Shown: positions 22,301 through 33,655 of the stretch, one piece after another
Numbering within the stretch: the first letter of the stretch is position 1
How the letters are laid out: every line of letters starts with the position of its first letter
Source: Azolla caroliniana
Lineage: Eukaryota > Plantae > Polypodiophyta
DNA length: 64,000 nt
Assembly (NCBI GenBank): GCA_043228905.1
Contig: JBHGNT010000003.1
Coordinates: 14,198,001 to 14,262,000 of the forward strand
Reading direction: 5' to 3'
The notes under the pieces: generated by a model
The model's database searches: none
The model's input: only the letters and a program-made list of their open reading frames with translations
Told to the model about the DNA's origin: nothing
Made by a program: the position numbers and the translations under genes

Positions 22301-23407
22301 AAGGAGGAACGACAAGTTGTGGAAAGTAGAGCGCAAATGGGAGCAAGTCGTATCCAGGATATCATGCGGGCCTGGTTGAACTAGACCAAGAGCTTGATTG
22401 ACAACGGGTCCGTCAAATGGTGGACCAAGTGGGCCACGAACGCGGCGGAACTCCAATTGCTCCGGGCCGACGTAGAGAACCGGCGGAAGGAGGGAGATGA
22501 TTGCTATATGCTGACTTCCGAAGACTTCACCGGCATAAGAGATGAGCTGGCCGAAGACTTTCAAGCCTTGGCAGAGGACCAACTAGGGCAAGTCCGGCAA
22601 CTTGTAGCTCAGCTGGACGACGACAGGCTGGAGGAGCAGATCCAGTTTGAAAGCTACGAGAGGTCCCGGATCCGGGAAGAGAAAGCACGAGAACCGGTTA
22701 CGGTCAACCTCAGTGATGAGGAACCGTTACTGGAAGGAGACCGGACCGGAAGCAGTCAAACGGAGATGCCGGAGTCAGAGAAACAAACGGAGCAGCCGCC
22801 TATAGAGCAGCCGGAGCAGCCTCAGTCCCAACCGCAACCACAGCAGCAGCAGCAAGCCCAGCCGCAACAACCACAACCGGAAGAACAAGTGGAAACTCTG
22901 GACCAAAGTATTTTGGACAATTTGGGTGAACAATGAAGGGGCCGAGAAGGGTTCGACGTACAAGGTACTGTCCCACGGGCGTGCCATGTGTTACCGGCCG
23001 GCAAGGAGTCCAAAATACGGAGTGAAGGAATTAATTAAGTATGGTTGTAAATAAGCATAGTGTGGACGGACGGACTGGAAACGGTATGCCGTTCCAGATC
23101 CGGACGGATCCCGAATGGGTGCGATAGGCACCGTTTTGTACTACGGGCCGGAAACCTATTTAAAGGCCCGGACCCCATTGTAATCGCAGTGGATAATTAA
23201 TAGAGCATATGGTGTTTATACTTCTGTGTTGATTTCCGTTCTGTACTTACTGTTATATCTTACGCGTGTAATTAACAAAAGCGATCTAATCGTGTAACCT
23301 ACTTAAGTCGGTGTAATCGTTGAATCTTAATCCTATGTCGTAACCACCCTTTGGTGAAGTGTCTCCGTGACACCTTGTGTTAGGCCTTGTCCGGTCAGAG
23401 AATAACA
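16384..23407 (+). mobile_element. Ty3/gypsy element 'C' (Tat/Ogre-like), non-autonomous deletion derivative
   Basis: 419-bp LTRs 16384-16802 and 22989-23407 (TGTTA...TAACA, two C/T differences seen); 5-bp TSD TTGGA; PBS-like TGGCGACCAC 16809-16818 (tRNA-Arg type); RT motif DVFAWSYEDMRGLDP typical of Tat/Ogre. Confidence 0.92.
16856..22936 (+). CDS. Gag (3 zinc knuckles)-protease-truncated RT fused to an extra ORF with long coiled coil; two in-frame stops (16889 TGA, 22382 TAG)
   Basis: ORFs 17132-22384 and 22394-22936 are in the same frame as ATG 16856; CTIC..H..C, CVIC..H..C, CYYC..H..C; VIDGGSGVN; RT ends at FGLKTAPATFQRTIME (about 20348), no YxDD, RNase H or IN. Confidence 0.82.
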
Positions 23408-23412
23408 TTGGA

Positions 23413-24169
23413 GTGCATTCCCTACCGGTTGTTATGTGAGCCGCCTTGAAGAAGTCCACGCAGACTTCCTCGTCCTCCGAAACCATGCCGCCCTCGTTTT
23501 CGAACCTCGCCCTTGAAAGCATGTCGGCCATGGCATTGTCTTTCCCAGAAATGTGTCGTATTTCCGGATTCAGGGACTTGATGTACGCTATCCACCTGAG
23601 CATTGCCAGGTCCGGCGTCGCGCATCCGGAAACCATGCCAAGAATTGGCAAGCAGTCCGTCTCGATAATTACCCTTGCCTTGATCAGGTAGTCTTTATCG
23701 GCCTTTACCGCCGAAACGATACCCCAGAGCTCGGGTTTAACCTGGGCGTATCCTCGTTGTCGCTCGCTGAGGACCTTCGTGCCGAACCGGATCGGGAAAC
23801 GCATGCCGTCCTCGTCCTCTTGGTTAACGACCCATCCAATCCCGGTCGGACTCGTGTCTATCGTTACATAAATTGGAGTGTCCTTTCCGTCTGCAGCCTT
23901 TCGGAGCGCCGGAGTTGCGGCAAGTGCTTCCTTCATCTTTCGGACCGACTCCGTATGCTCGTCTCTCCATTCGAATTTTCGCCCCTTTTTCACCAACCCG
24001 TATAACGGTTCCGTGACGTGAGCGTAATGCGGGATCCATATGTGGTAGAACGTGCACGCTCCCGAGAACCTCCGAACCTCCGTGACTGAGCTACAGTCGT
24101 CCTTCATTGCAGAAACGGCTTCTACCTTAGCCGGAGACGGTTTCCGGCCGTACGACCCGCATAGGTGTC
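23413..24169 (-). pseudogene. RT C-terminus/RNase H segment of D between C and E
   Basis: ORF 23286-24191 matches B pol (EVRRF.GAC.FY, IDTSPTGIG, ETDCLP). Confidence 0.9.
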
Positions 24170-27100
24170 TATTGAGAGACAAGCTCAACATTGGCCGGAT
24201 CAGCTGAAGAAGCCGAGGACCGGATCGGTTGGGACCGATCGGTTAGGCCAAGTGCGTAAACCGGGAGATCGTTAGGAAAGATATTCCGTGAGGAATATAT
24301 TTGGGAGTTAGTGTAGGGGCTCTTGATGAGCATTGAAGTACTGTCAGTACTTCGGTCAATCCTTTTAGGACTTGTATAAAAGTGCTCACTGAGCACGTCT
24401 TATGTACAGAGATTGAGTGTTATTGTTGAATATAGTTTTTTGAGTTTCTCTCTCTGTCTCTCCCGCGTATAGCGTGTAAGCCTAAGCTCTCCATTGAACC
24501 TGAGTTTCCTTCCTCTGTTCTGTCATCATACCTGCTTCCGCACGCTACTTTCTACATGGTATCAGAGCGCGAGGGTTGAGAACCTCATTGCAGCTGACAC
24601 AGCTTGACGAAGAAGAACAAGAAGAACGATGGATAGAGGCATGGCGAGCTCGCTTCCAACAAAGAAGCTCGACAGAACCAACTACGTGTCTTGGTCCTAC
24701 AAGATGCACCAGTACCTGCTCGGGCATGGCTACTGGAGTTATGTCGAAGGAGCTAATGACGCGGCACCCGAATCGACACACAGAGACTTCCCGTCGTGGG
24801 AGCAATTAGCGAGCAGGGTACTATACTGCTTCGCGTCGTGTGTGGGCGAATAGCTATTGAGCTATGTTCGGGATGCAAAGACGCCGAAGGGTGCATGGGA
24901 AAATCTGAAGAAGATTTTCGCCGCAAGCACCACAGCCAAGAAGCTTCAGCTCCGACAGGAGTTGAGCAACCTACGACAACGCGACTTGTCGATGGCGGAC
25001 TATACCTCGAAGATCAAGGATATCTGCGACTCCCTCGCCTCCATAGAGGTGAACATCGAGGAGAGCAAGATGGTCCAGATCGGTCTCGGAGGTTTGGCGT
25101 CGAAGTTCGGAGCGTTCCGAACGGCTGTGTGTACCCGGGAGAATACGCCATCCTTTTTCGACCTACAGTCGATGCTCCTGGTAGAGAAGAACCATGTGGG
25201 TGTGTCGACGAGCACGCACACCGACAACAGAATGTTGTACACGGAGGAAGATAGGCCCCGTGGACGTGGAGGACGAGGGGAGTTGGCACGCAATGGAGGC
25301 GGCCGACGAGATCAAGAAAGAAGGCACCGATGTGATGCCGACAGCAACTCCGGACCCTTCGGAAACAAGGGGAGTCGAAGCGATGAGAACCGGCAAGGGA
25401 AGGCCATCGCGGAGTGCTGGTACTGTGGCAAGAAAGGCCACAGGGAAAGCGATTGCTGGAAGAAGCGCGCCGATTTGGAGAGAACTGGTTCCGGGAACGG
25501 CTCCAGACATACCGACAAGGGAAATCGGCAGCGATCGCACTACGTTGAAGACTCCGGGAGAGCCGGAGAAGGGTCTGTCTTCGTGACGAGAGACGAAGCA
25601 AACTCAATGAAACAGAGCACCCTGAGCTTGGACGAGGTGTGGTACGTAGACTCCGGCGCGTCAAACCACATGACGAGCCATAAGGAGTGGTTCTCTTACC
25701 TTGAAAAACCGATACAACCTGGAGTAGTCGCAACAAGAGACGACACTCCGCATCCGATCGCGAATGTCGGAGAAGTTCCCCTTAGCCATGTCGGGCAGAA
25801 AGGGAAACTCAAGAACGTGTTGCATGTTCCGACAATCACGAAGAACTTGGTCTCGATCGGACAGATCGTCCACCAAGGGATGGAGGTTCGGTTTACACAC
25901 CTCGGGTGCTTCATTGAGGAAGAAGGCCGTGTGATTGCGCAAGGGCGCAGAGACGGGAGGATGTTCATCCTCGATTCCACTGACGGCGGCACCGCAATGT
26001 TCGCAAAGGGACAAAAAGCCGAGTCGGACATCGACTTGTGGCACAAGCGGATAGGCCACGTCAACTACCAGCGGCTTAAAGATCTGCAATCGAAACAGGT
26101 AGTGTTCGGATTGCCCAAATTTAGTGGCCGAAAGGCACAAATTTGTGAAGCCTGCCAGCTCGGGAAGCAACACCGACTTCCTTTCCCCAACGAGCGAAAT
26201 CGGAGCCAGAATAAGCTCGACCTTATACACTCGGATGTATGGGGGCCGGCACAAAACGTTAGTCTTGGCGGGAGCCGATATTTCGTCTCCTTCATCGATG
26301 ACCACACGCGGCACACGTGGATCTACCTCATTGAGAGGAAGAGCGAAGTCTTAGACTGTTTCCGGGACCTCAAAGGCTTCGTGGAAGCCAAAACGGGACG
26401 AAAGATCAAGTGTCTACGGTCGGATGGCGGGAAAGAGTACTTTTCCGGTCAATTCAACGCTTACCTACAACAAATGGGAATTCGCCGCGAATTCAGTTGT
26501 AGATACACGCCAGAGCAGAACGGTGTGGCCAAGAGAAAGAACCGGTCGATTGTGGAAGCGGCACGGGCAATGCTGGAGGAGAAGAGCTTGCCCATGTTCT
26601 ACTGGGCCGAGGCGGTAAGGACCGCGGTATACATCCAGAACCGGATTGGAGACAAAGTGTCGGCGCACGAGCTATATTTCGGAACGAAGCCGAACTTGCG
26701 ACACTTGAGGGTGTTCGGTAGCATTGCGTATGTGCATGTACCGAAGGAGAAAAGGAGGAAGTTGGACGCAAAGGCCAAGAAGTGCATCTTGGTCAGTTAC
26801 TCGGATGAGCAGAAGGGTTATAAGTGCTATAACCCTCGCACCAAACAAGCGCGTGTTAGCCGCGACGTTGTGTTTGACGAGTCCGCGTCCTGGTACCTGC
26901 CCCCGACTACGAACATCGACTCCAATACGAGCTCTGACGATGAGGTCAGCGAGGCTGAGATGCCTCCGGATGAGCCCGAAATCGAGATCCGCAAAGAGAG
27001 TCTGATTTCACTCCGGTTAAGTGGACCGATTGGACGACTGAGTCGGTACGACCAGTCCAATGAAGAGCCGACGAGTAGTGGAGACTCGGCCGTGCATTCC

Positions 27101-29869
27101 CCGCGCAGGAAGCCGAGGAGACGGCCTACACGCAAAGAGAAAGGGAAGAAGAAGGTTTCGGATTCCGGCACGGAAAGGAACGAGTCAGACCGACGCGAGT
27201 CCGACTCCGAGGGAACCGGTGACGGGTCTTTCAAGGTGAAGACCGCGTCGGCCGAGAAGGCCTCGACATCGGCTAATGTGAGATTGCGCCGATCTACCCG
27301 CCAAAAGAACCCAATTGTGTGGTTCGGATACGACGAGTACATGGCGCATCATTATGCATACATGACCCGTGTAGCGGAAATGCGTGAGCCGGAGAACTAT
27401 GCAGAAGCGGCGAAGGACGCGAATTGGCGAGCCGCGATGGAGGAAGAGATGCACACATTGGCGGAGAACGAAACCTGGGACCTGGTTGACGCACCGAAGG
27501 GTGTGAAGCCGATCGGGTGTAGGTGGGCGTACAAAATCAAGTACAACACCGATGGCTCGGTCAACCGTTACAAGGCTCGGCTAGTGGCAAAGGGTTACGC
27601 GCAAAAACACGGCATCAACTACGATGAGACGTTTGCACCGGTCGCGAAAATGACGACCGTCCGTGTTTTGCTCGCTGTAGCCGCGGCCAAGGGGTGGCAC
27701 TTACATCAGATGGATGTAAACAATGCGTTCCTGCAAGGTGACCTTGAGGAACAGGTGTACATGGTACAGCCCCTCGGATTTCACTTCGGAACGAACTCCT
27801 CGGCAGTATGCCGACTATAGAAGTCCCTTTACGGACTGAAGCAAGCCCCGCGTGCCTGGAACACGAAGATCACGCAACAACTGCGTCGGTTGGGCTTCGT
27901 CACGTCAAAATCGGACTCTTCCCTGTTCATCCGGAAAGGTCGACTCGGACCGGTTAGTATTTTACTATATGTTGATGACTTGGTCATCACCGGCGCCGAC
28001 CTAGGTAAAATCAACCGCGTGAAGCTCCAGCTTGCGGCATCGTTCGACATGAAGGATCTGGGGGACCTTCATTACTTCCTCGGGATCGAAGTGATCCGTA
28101 CCCCCGAAGGCATATTGATCAGCCAACGTCATTACGTACTGAGTATGCTCTTCAAACTCGGGATGGCCGACTATAAGTCCATCTCAACTCCTCTAGACAG
28201 AACCGTCAAGCTTCGTCCCGATACGGGAAAGGTATGCGACCCGACGAGGTTCCGACAAATTGTCGGTAGCCTCATATACTTGACCATCACCCGACCCGAC
28301 CTCAGTTACCCGGTCGGGGTGATCAGTCAGTTCATGGCGCGACCTACCGAGGAGCACCTTTAGTGTGCGCAACGCGTACTTCGGTACGTAAGTGGCACTA
28401 AGGACCGAGGACTGCTATATCGGACCGGTGCAGCCGTGCAGCTAGTCGGCTACACCGATGCTGATTGGGCTGACAACGCCGTCGATCGCCGATCCACGTC
28501 TGGATACGCGTTCTCCCTCGGGAGTGCCGCGATCGCGTGGAGCAGTAAGAAGCAGCCAACAGTTGCACTGTCGAGCACCGAAGTGGAGTACCGAGGAGCG
28601 GCTGTCGCGACATGCGAAGCCATATGGTTGAAGCGGCTACTTAAGGACCTGCAAGAGGAGGTGACAGATCCGACGACGATCTACTGCGACAACCTCAGCA
28701 GCATCCAACTCGCGAAGAACCCCGTCTTCCACGCACAGACCAAGCACATTGAGGTGCACTACCATTTCGTCCGTGAGCGTGTCCTTTCCGGTGAAGTCGA
28801 ACTTCGGTACGTGCCGACGGCTCGGCAGGCTGCCGACATCTTCACCAAGCCTCTTGGTCTGGACAAGTTGCGGCAATTCTCAGGTGCGCTCGGATTGCGT
28901 CACCTTGACATGCCGAACTTGAGGGGGAGAACAGTCCCGAACGACCAAGGAAGGCAGCAGGAAAGGAGTAGACACCGCGACACCGAGTCGGTTGACTCGT
29001 TTGTTGACTCGGTTGAAGACGGATCGGAGGTAGCCGAGGGCGACTTCGGATCGGTTGAAGAAGCTGAGGCCGAACCCGCGGAAAAGTTCGGAAGAGGACA
29101 GAAGGGGAGCAACCGAAGGAGAGAGCCGAAGCCAACCACGCATAGGGGAGATGACGCCATCGAGGGCGAGAAAACCGATGACGAGTTGGAGACAGCCAAC
29201 TCAGACGAGAGCGAAAACCGATCGGAGGTAGCCGAGTCGGTTCGGATGTTTGATGCAGACACGCTAAATCAACAGAGGCCCAAGCTGAAGAAAAGGCAGC
29301 AGGAGAGGCGTCAACACCGCAACAACAGAAGAGCTTATAAGGGCCGCATGAGCAGACAAGCCGACCGGAAGGGTCGAAGCGCGCGGAGTCGAACAGGTCG
29401 AGGAGCGCGAGCGAGGCGTGAAGCCAGGAGGAACCGGTGCTGTGAAGATCCCGAAGAGCCTCAAGTTGAGCTTGAGGGGGAGTGTTGAGAGACAAGCTCA
29501 ACATCGGCCGGATCGGCTGAAGAAGCCGAGGACCGGATTGGTTGGGACCGATCGGTTAGGCCAAGTGCGTAAACCGGGAGATCGTTAGGAAAGATATTCC
29601 GTGAGGAATATATTTGGGAGTTAGTGTAGGGGCTCTTGATGAGCATTGAAGTACTATCAGTACTTCGGTCAATCCTTTTAGGACTTGTATAAAAGTGCTC
29701 ACTGAGCACGTCTTATGTACAGAGATTGAGTGTTATTGTTGAATATAGTTTTTTGAGTTTCTCTCTCTGTCTCTCCCGCGTATAGCGTGTAAGCCTAAGC
29801 TCTCCATTGAACCTGAGTTTCCTTCCTCTGTTCTGTCTTCATACCTGCTTCCGCACGCTACTTTCTACA
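24170..29869 (+). mobile_element. Ty1/copia element 'E', full length, inserted in RT of D
   Basis: 387-bp LTRs 24170-24556 and 29483-29869; TSD GTGTC; Met-i PBS TGGTATCAGAGC 24557-24568; PPT GAGGGGGAG 29474-29482. Confidence 0.96.
24629..29488 (+). pseudogene. gag-pol: Copia gag-pol of E (Gag, PR, IN, RT, RNase H, about 185-aa C-terminal extension), three in-frame stops
   Basis: One reading frame with stops at 24851, 27818, 28361; [51 protein letters not shown]. Confidence 0.93.
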
Positions 29870-29874
29870 GTGTC

Positions 29875-30800
29875 CGACAACCATGATCTCTAATCGCCCG
29901 AAGTCCGATTTTCCCCCGGAGAAGGTGAGCCTCGCGCCCTCCAACCTCTACAGCACCTTCTCGCAGTCATCGATGTGCGTCACCACGAATTTCCGGCACC
30001 CGTCCGGTCCGATCGTCTCGTCCCTTTCCTCCACCGGGCATCCCTTGATCGGGACGTCATCCAAAAATGGGATGGTGATGTCCGGGATACAATCCCTCAG
30101 CACTTTGTTGTCTGGTGATTTCCGGGATGGTGATGTCCGGGATACAAACCCTAAACCGTGAATATCACCATCAGTTCCACGACTGTCGGGTCTATGCACC
30201 TGATCTCCTCCGGTGAGAATGCGAAAGCCTTCACATGCCTTCCGAGCATTCCCCGAAACCGGTCCTCCTCCGCCGGCAGTAGGAAGCCGCCCCCACCGAC
30301 ATTGAGCTCCCGTAACGTTATGTCGGTGAACGTGTGTCCTATGCGGGCCGGATTTCGTAAACTCGGGTCCGACGCAACCCCTTTTATTCGCAACTTGCTG
30401 CCCTCCGGCAAGGGAGCCGCGATTGGCCTCACCTTCCGGTCCATAGTCTTGTACCTCGTGTCCACCCGAGCCGTCCGATCCGACTCGAGCCCTCTACTGA
30501 AGTCCGCGATGACTTCGTACATCCATTCCGAACATACCGGAATCGTCCGGTCCTCTTTAAGGACTCCTCCGACTACCTCTCGCAGCTACCCCAAGGTATC
30601 GTCGAAAGAGACCGCCTCCACGGCTCCGTTGATTTCCTCTCCAAGGCTGAGGATACCACATGCCCGAAGTCGCTCCTCTGCCCTCCGTTTCTGGAGAACC
30701 AAAATTTCCTACTTATAGTACAGGTCTTCTTCGCTATCGTACACTTGTGGGGTTTTCCCGGAGTGTCCGGACTATCGCGGCCCCACGCCTTGATAGCCCT
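29875..30800 (-). pseudogene. 5' pol of D with an internal RT deletion and filler DNA
   Basis: ORFs 30151-30522 and 29948-30199; VIFTV is joined to NKVLRD through filler at about 30110-30153. Confidence 0.85.
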
Positions 30801-30812
30801 CTCTAAAAATCC
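30747..30812 (-). promoter_or_regulatory. Predicted -1 frameshift signal of D
   Basis: Minus strand G_GAT_TTT_TAG; stem1 GGGCTATC/GATAGTCC; stem2 GTGGGG/CCCCAC. Confidence 0.72.
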
Positions 30813-32929
30813 TCTCGGCTTTCGCCCCCGAGGGTCTCGCGGTTCCGCTCATGGTTCGGTCTCACCGTCACGAACTGGACCGAGTGACGCCCATCCTGGC
30901 TCTTGACCCTTGCATAGGCCAAGCCGTTGTCCAGCACCTTGGTCTCCATCCGTGCTGCCGTGATGTACGGTTCTCCTAGTATAACCGGATGTGAGGACGT
31001 CTCCTGCACGAAGAAGTGTTGGTCAATCTCGACATCGCCGATCTTTACTTGTACATTCGGGCAGGCTCCATGCAGTTCTTCGGTCGCACGCGTCGCAGCC
31101 CGTATTTTCCACTCGTGCTTGGTGTTGATCGGCCATTTCCCCTTCTTATAGAAGTCCATGAACATCAAGTTGATTTCTGAACCGTGGTCCACCAACGCCA
31201 CCACCGGTTCATGAACATCTCTGATTTTCACGGGGGTCTCCATGGTCGCTTTGGCCCAGTGCGGCCTCGAATAGTGGCTCTCCGCCAACTCGTCTTCCAG
31301 CGCCATGTCCTCTATGTGCGTCGTCCGCACCTCCACCGGCTTCTCCGGTTCTGTCTTCGTCGACAGCCTCTTCCTCTTCACCAAGTCTACGATGGAGTCG
31401 TGGAACTCCTTCTTGGCGATCCCAAGAACTTCCCTCAGCGACAGTTCCACCTTGTTGTCAAGGATTCGTTCTTCCAGGACCTTTCGCAGGTCCGTGGATC
31501 TTTCGATTTCTGTGCCCAGCCGGTACCCGCCCTTCTTGGGATTATCCTCGGCGCCGAGTACACCGGCCTCATTCCGCCTTGTCCCGAATCGAGTTTCATA
31601 TCGTTGCGAGGGCCTGGCCCCTCCGGTTTTCCCTACCCGCTTGTCCTCCACCAGAGCCTCATAGTTTTGACAAGCGGCTTCGACGAAGCCCGTCTTTTCT
31701 TCCACCGGGTCACTCCACCCGGTTACCTCCCGGACCCGTTTTTCCGCGCGGTCCGCCTCTTCTTTCCTTAGTCGTGCACCGGTGAGGCCTTCTAGCATCG
31801 TTGGCCAGAACCCGTCTTTGTTCATCTTCGGGGCCTCGCCACCTCCGACCCGAATACCAGCTGACGCCGAGTAGTGGACGGTCTCCGCGTGACGAGTCGC
31901 CGCCTCCTCCATCAACCTTTTCATACCCCCTCGCTCGACGTTCAGGTCCAGGGGCCTTCGGGTTTCGCTGGCGTGCACCCGACTGTTCCACAGGTACACC
32001 ACGTTGCTTCCCAACGCCTCGGCGAAGTCCCCATAGTCCTTCCGGATGTGGCCAACCGTGTCACACCACATGCACCTGTTTCCAGCCAGAGGTCGTCGGT
32101 CACGGGCCTGTTCACCACCATCCCTCCGTGCCTGGGAGATCTGGAGATCCTTTACCATCCACGTCAGTTCCTCCAGAGTTGCTTCCTCGGGCGAGCCCTT
32201 GACCATGTCGGTCGAAGCCGATCCAGTCTCGAGCCAATCTCGGGTCTCTTCCCTTCGCACTGGTGGTGTTGGCTCGAGCTTCCTTGTTGCGACAGAGCCC
32301 GCCCCTGTCGATCCTTTGTGAACCCATTCCCGCCGTTTGTCGAAACAGCCACAGACCCTCTTTACCACGGCCCAGTTGGCCGTCAGCCCGTCATCAGTCT
32401 CCAATAGGAGGCCTATTTGCTCCCGATCCCTCTCGTGAACTGACTTAATAAACAATAGGACACGACTTGTGTCCAGAACGGTCCGGTCAAGCACCGAGAG
32501 GCGCACGAAGCGTTCCTCAAACTCCCGGAGGAGCACCGACGCGTTCCTTCCTTTCTCGGGGGTCTCCACCCACTCCATGAAGTCTCGCTTCAAAAGTCGA
32601 AGCGCATCTTCAAGCCCGTATTTTTCGAGGAGCCGACCTTCGAATTCCTCCCAGGTCCGGCTCTCGGCCCGTACCTCGAGCACCTCCGTATGGATGCCCG
32701 GCATCGCCACTCGAGGGAATCCGGCTAGAGGCCTCTCTTCCGGAATGTCCCTCATTAACATCTCAGCCCGGTAGGACGCCAAGTAGCTCATGGCATCCTT
32801 CCCACTAAACCGACCAATTGTACCAACAACCGCCTCGATAGCCCTATCAAGGGCGCCAGTCCCTTCGCGCGCACTCACTATACGGTCCACAGCCGAAGCC
32901 ATGGCTTCTGCGAGGTCCAACCCCCTCAT
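30803..32929 (-). CDS. gag-pro: Gag-protease of D (708 aa, open)
   Basis: CMWCDTVGHIRKD knuckle remnant, LVDHGSEIN, ends in DF-stop like B. Confidence 0.9.
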   Translation of the reverse strand: MRGLDLAEAMASAVDRIVSAREGTGALDRAIEAVVGTIGRFSGKDAMSYLASYRAEMLMRDIPEERPLAGFPRVAMPGIHTEVLEVRAESRTWEEFEGRLLEKYGLEDALRLLKRDFMEWVETPEKGRNASVLLREFEERFVRLSVLDRTVLDTSRVLLFIKSVHERDREQIGLLLETDDGLTANWAVVKRVCGCFDKRREWVHKGSTGAGSVATRKLEPTPPVRREETRDWLETGSASTDMVKGSPEEATLEELTWMVKDLQISQARRDGGEQARDRRPLAGNRCMWCDTVGHIRKDYGDFAEALGSNVVYLWNSRVHASETRRPLDLNVERGGMKRLMEEAATRHAETVHYSASAGIRVGGGEAPKMNKDGFWPTMLEGLTGARLRKEEADRAEKRVREVTGWSDPVEEKTGFVEAACQNYEALVEDKRVGKTGGARPSQRYETRFGTRRNEAGVLGAEDNPKKGGYRLGTEIERSTDLRKVLEERILDNKVELSLREVLGIAKKEFHDSIVDLVKRKRLSTKTEPEKPVEVRTTHIEDMALEDELAESHYSRPHWAKATMETPVKIRDVHEPVVALVDHGSEINLMFMDFYKKGKWPINTKHEWKIRAATRATEELHGACPNVQVKIGDVEIDQHFFVQETSSHPVILGEPYITAARMETKVLDNGLAYARVKSQDGRHSVQFVTVRPNHERNRETLGGESREDF

Positions 32930-32973
32930 CTTCTACTCCTCTGCCGCTTGTTTCACGTCGGGTTCACCAAATA

Positions 32974-33655
32974 TGTCGCATTGTTACGCGCGTGCATGGA
33001 GAAAGGCGGGACCACGGGGGTCTTGGACTAAGGAGTAGAGGAGAAGAGGGAGAGAGAGAGAGAGAGAGAAAGCGAGAGAGAGAGATGCTCACACACGTAT
33101 AGACAAAGAAGCGCACAGGGACGCGGCCCAACAACACAGGAGACACGAGTTGAGAACACTAGCGTATGTATATAAATATGTGTATGTATGCAGACAACTC
33201 GAACGGTTACAACCGATCAGGTCGGCGAGATGGATGCCGTCGCCTGATCACCCACGCACACAGGAGAGCAAGATGGAGATTCTACCGGAAGCACACGGGC
33301 GTTCCACGGAGCAGGATCAGCCTCCTGAGAACCTGCGCCAAAGAAATCTATGGAGAACGACAGAGAAGAAGAGCTTGGTCCCATTCCGACAACACTTCGT
33401 CCCCTCTAGCGCGCGATACCTTCTCCCTCTCTTTTATAGCTCAAGGAGGGAGGCCGTTTCACCCGTTTACATCACATTAATTCTCTGTCCTTTCGGACAG
33501 AGATACTCCTCGATTTCCCCTATAGAATATTGCTACCTAGGATTTGACCTTTGTGCCTACCTATCTACTATACAACAAGGGGCGTGCCCACATGTAAGGA
33601 CCGGTTCACACACACTATACACGGTTTGCGCCTGGGGACGGTTTTCTCCACGACA
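32974..33655 (-). repeat. 5' LTR of D
   Basis: TGTCG...CGACA termini, 4 nt from the Trp PBS; no partner in the window. Confidence 0.7.

Larger units (their letters stand above)
15113..33655 (-). mobile_element. Ty3/gypsy element 'D' (same lineage as A and B), host of A, C and E; 3' end outside the window
   Basis: 5' LTR about 32974-33655 (TGTCG...CGACA), Trp PBS 32953-32969, gag-PR 30803-32929, pol pieces 29875-30800, 23413-24169, 15113-16383. Confidence 0.88.

Noticed and set aside
22382-22384. Programmed stop-codon readthrough in C
   Set aside because: Context TAG-ACC-AAG is not the CARYYA readthrough signal; CAG>TAG mutation is simpler.
30146-30155. Telomere-like AAACCCTAAA as a healing site
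   Set aside because: Single unit, explained by the templated copy of ACAATCCCT.
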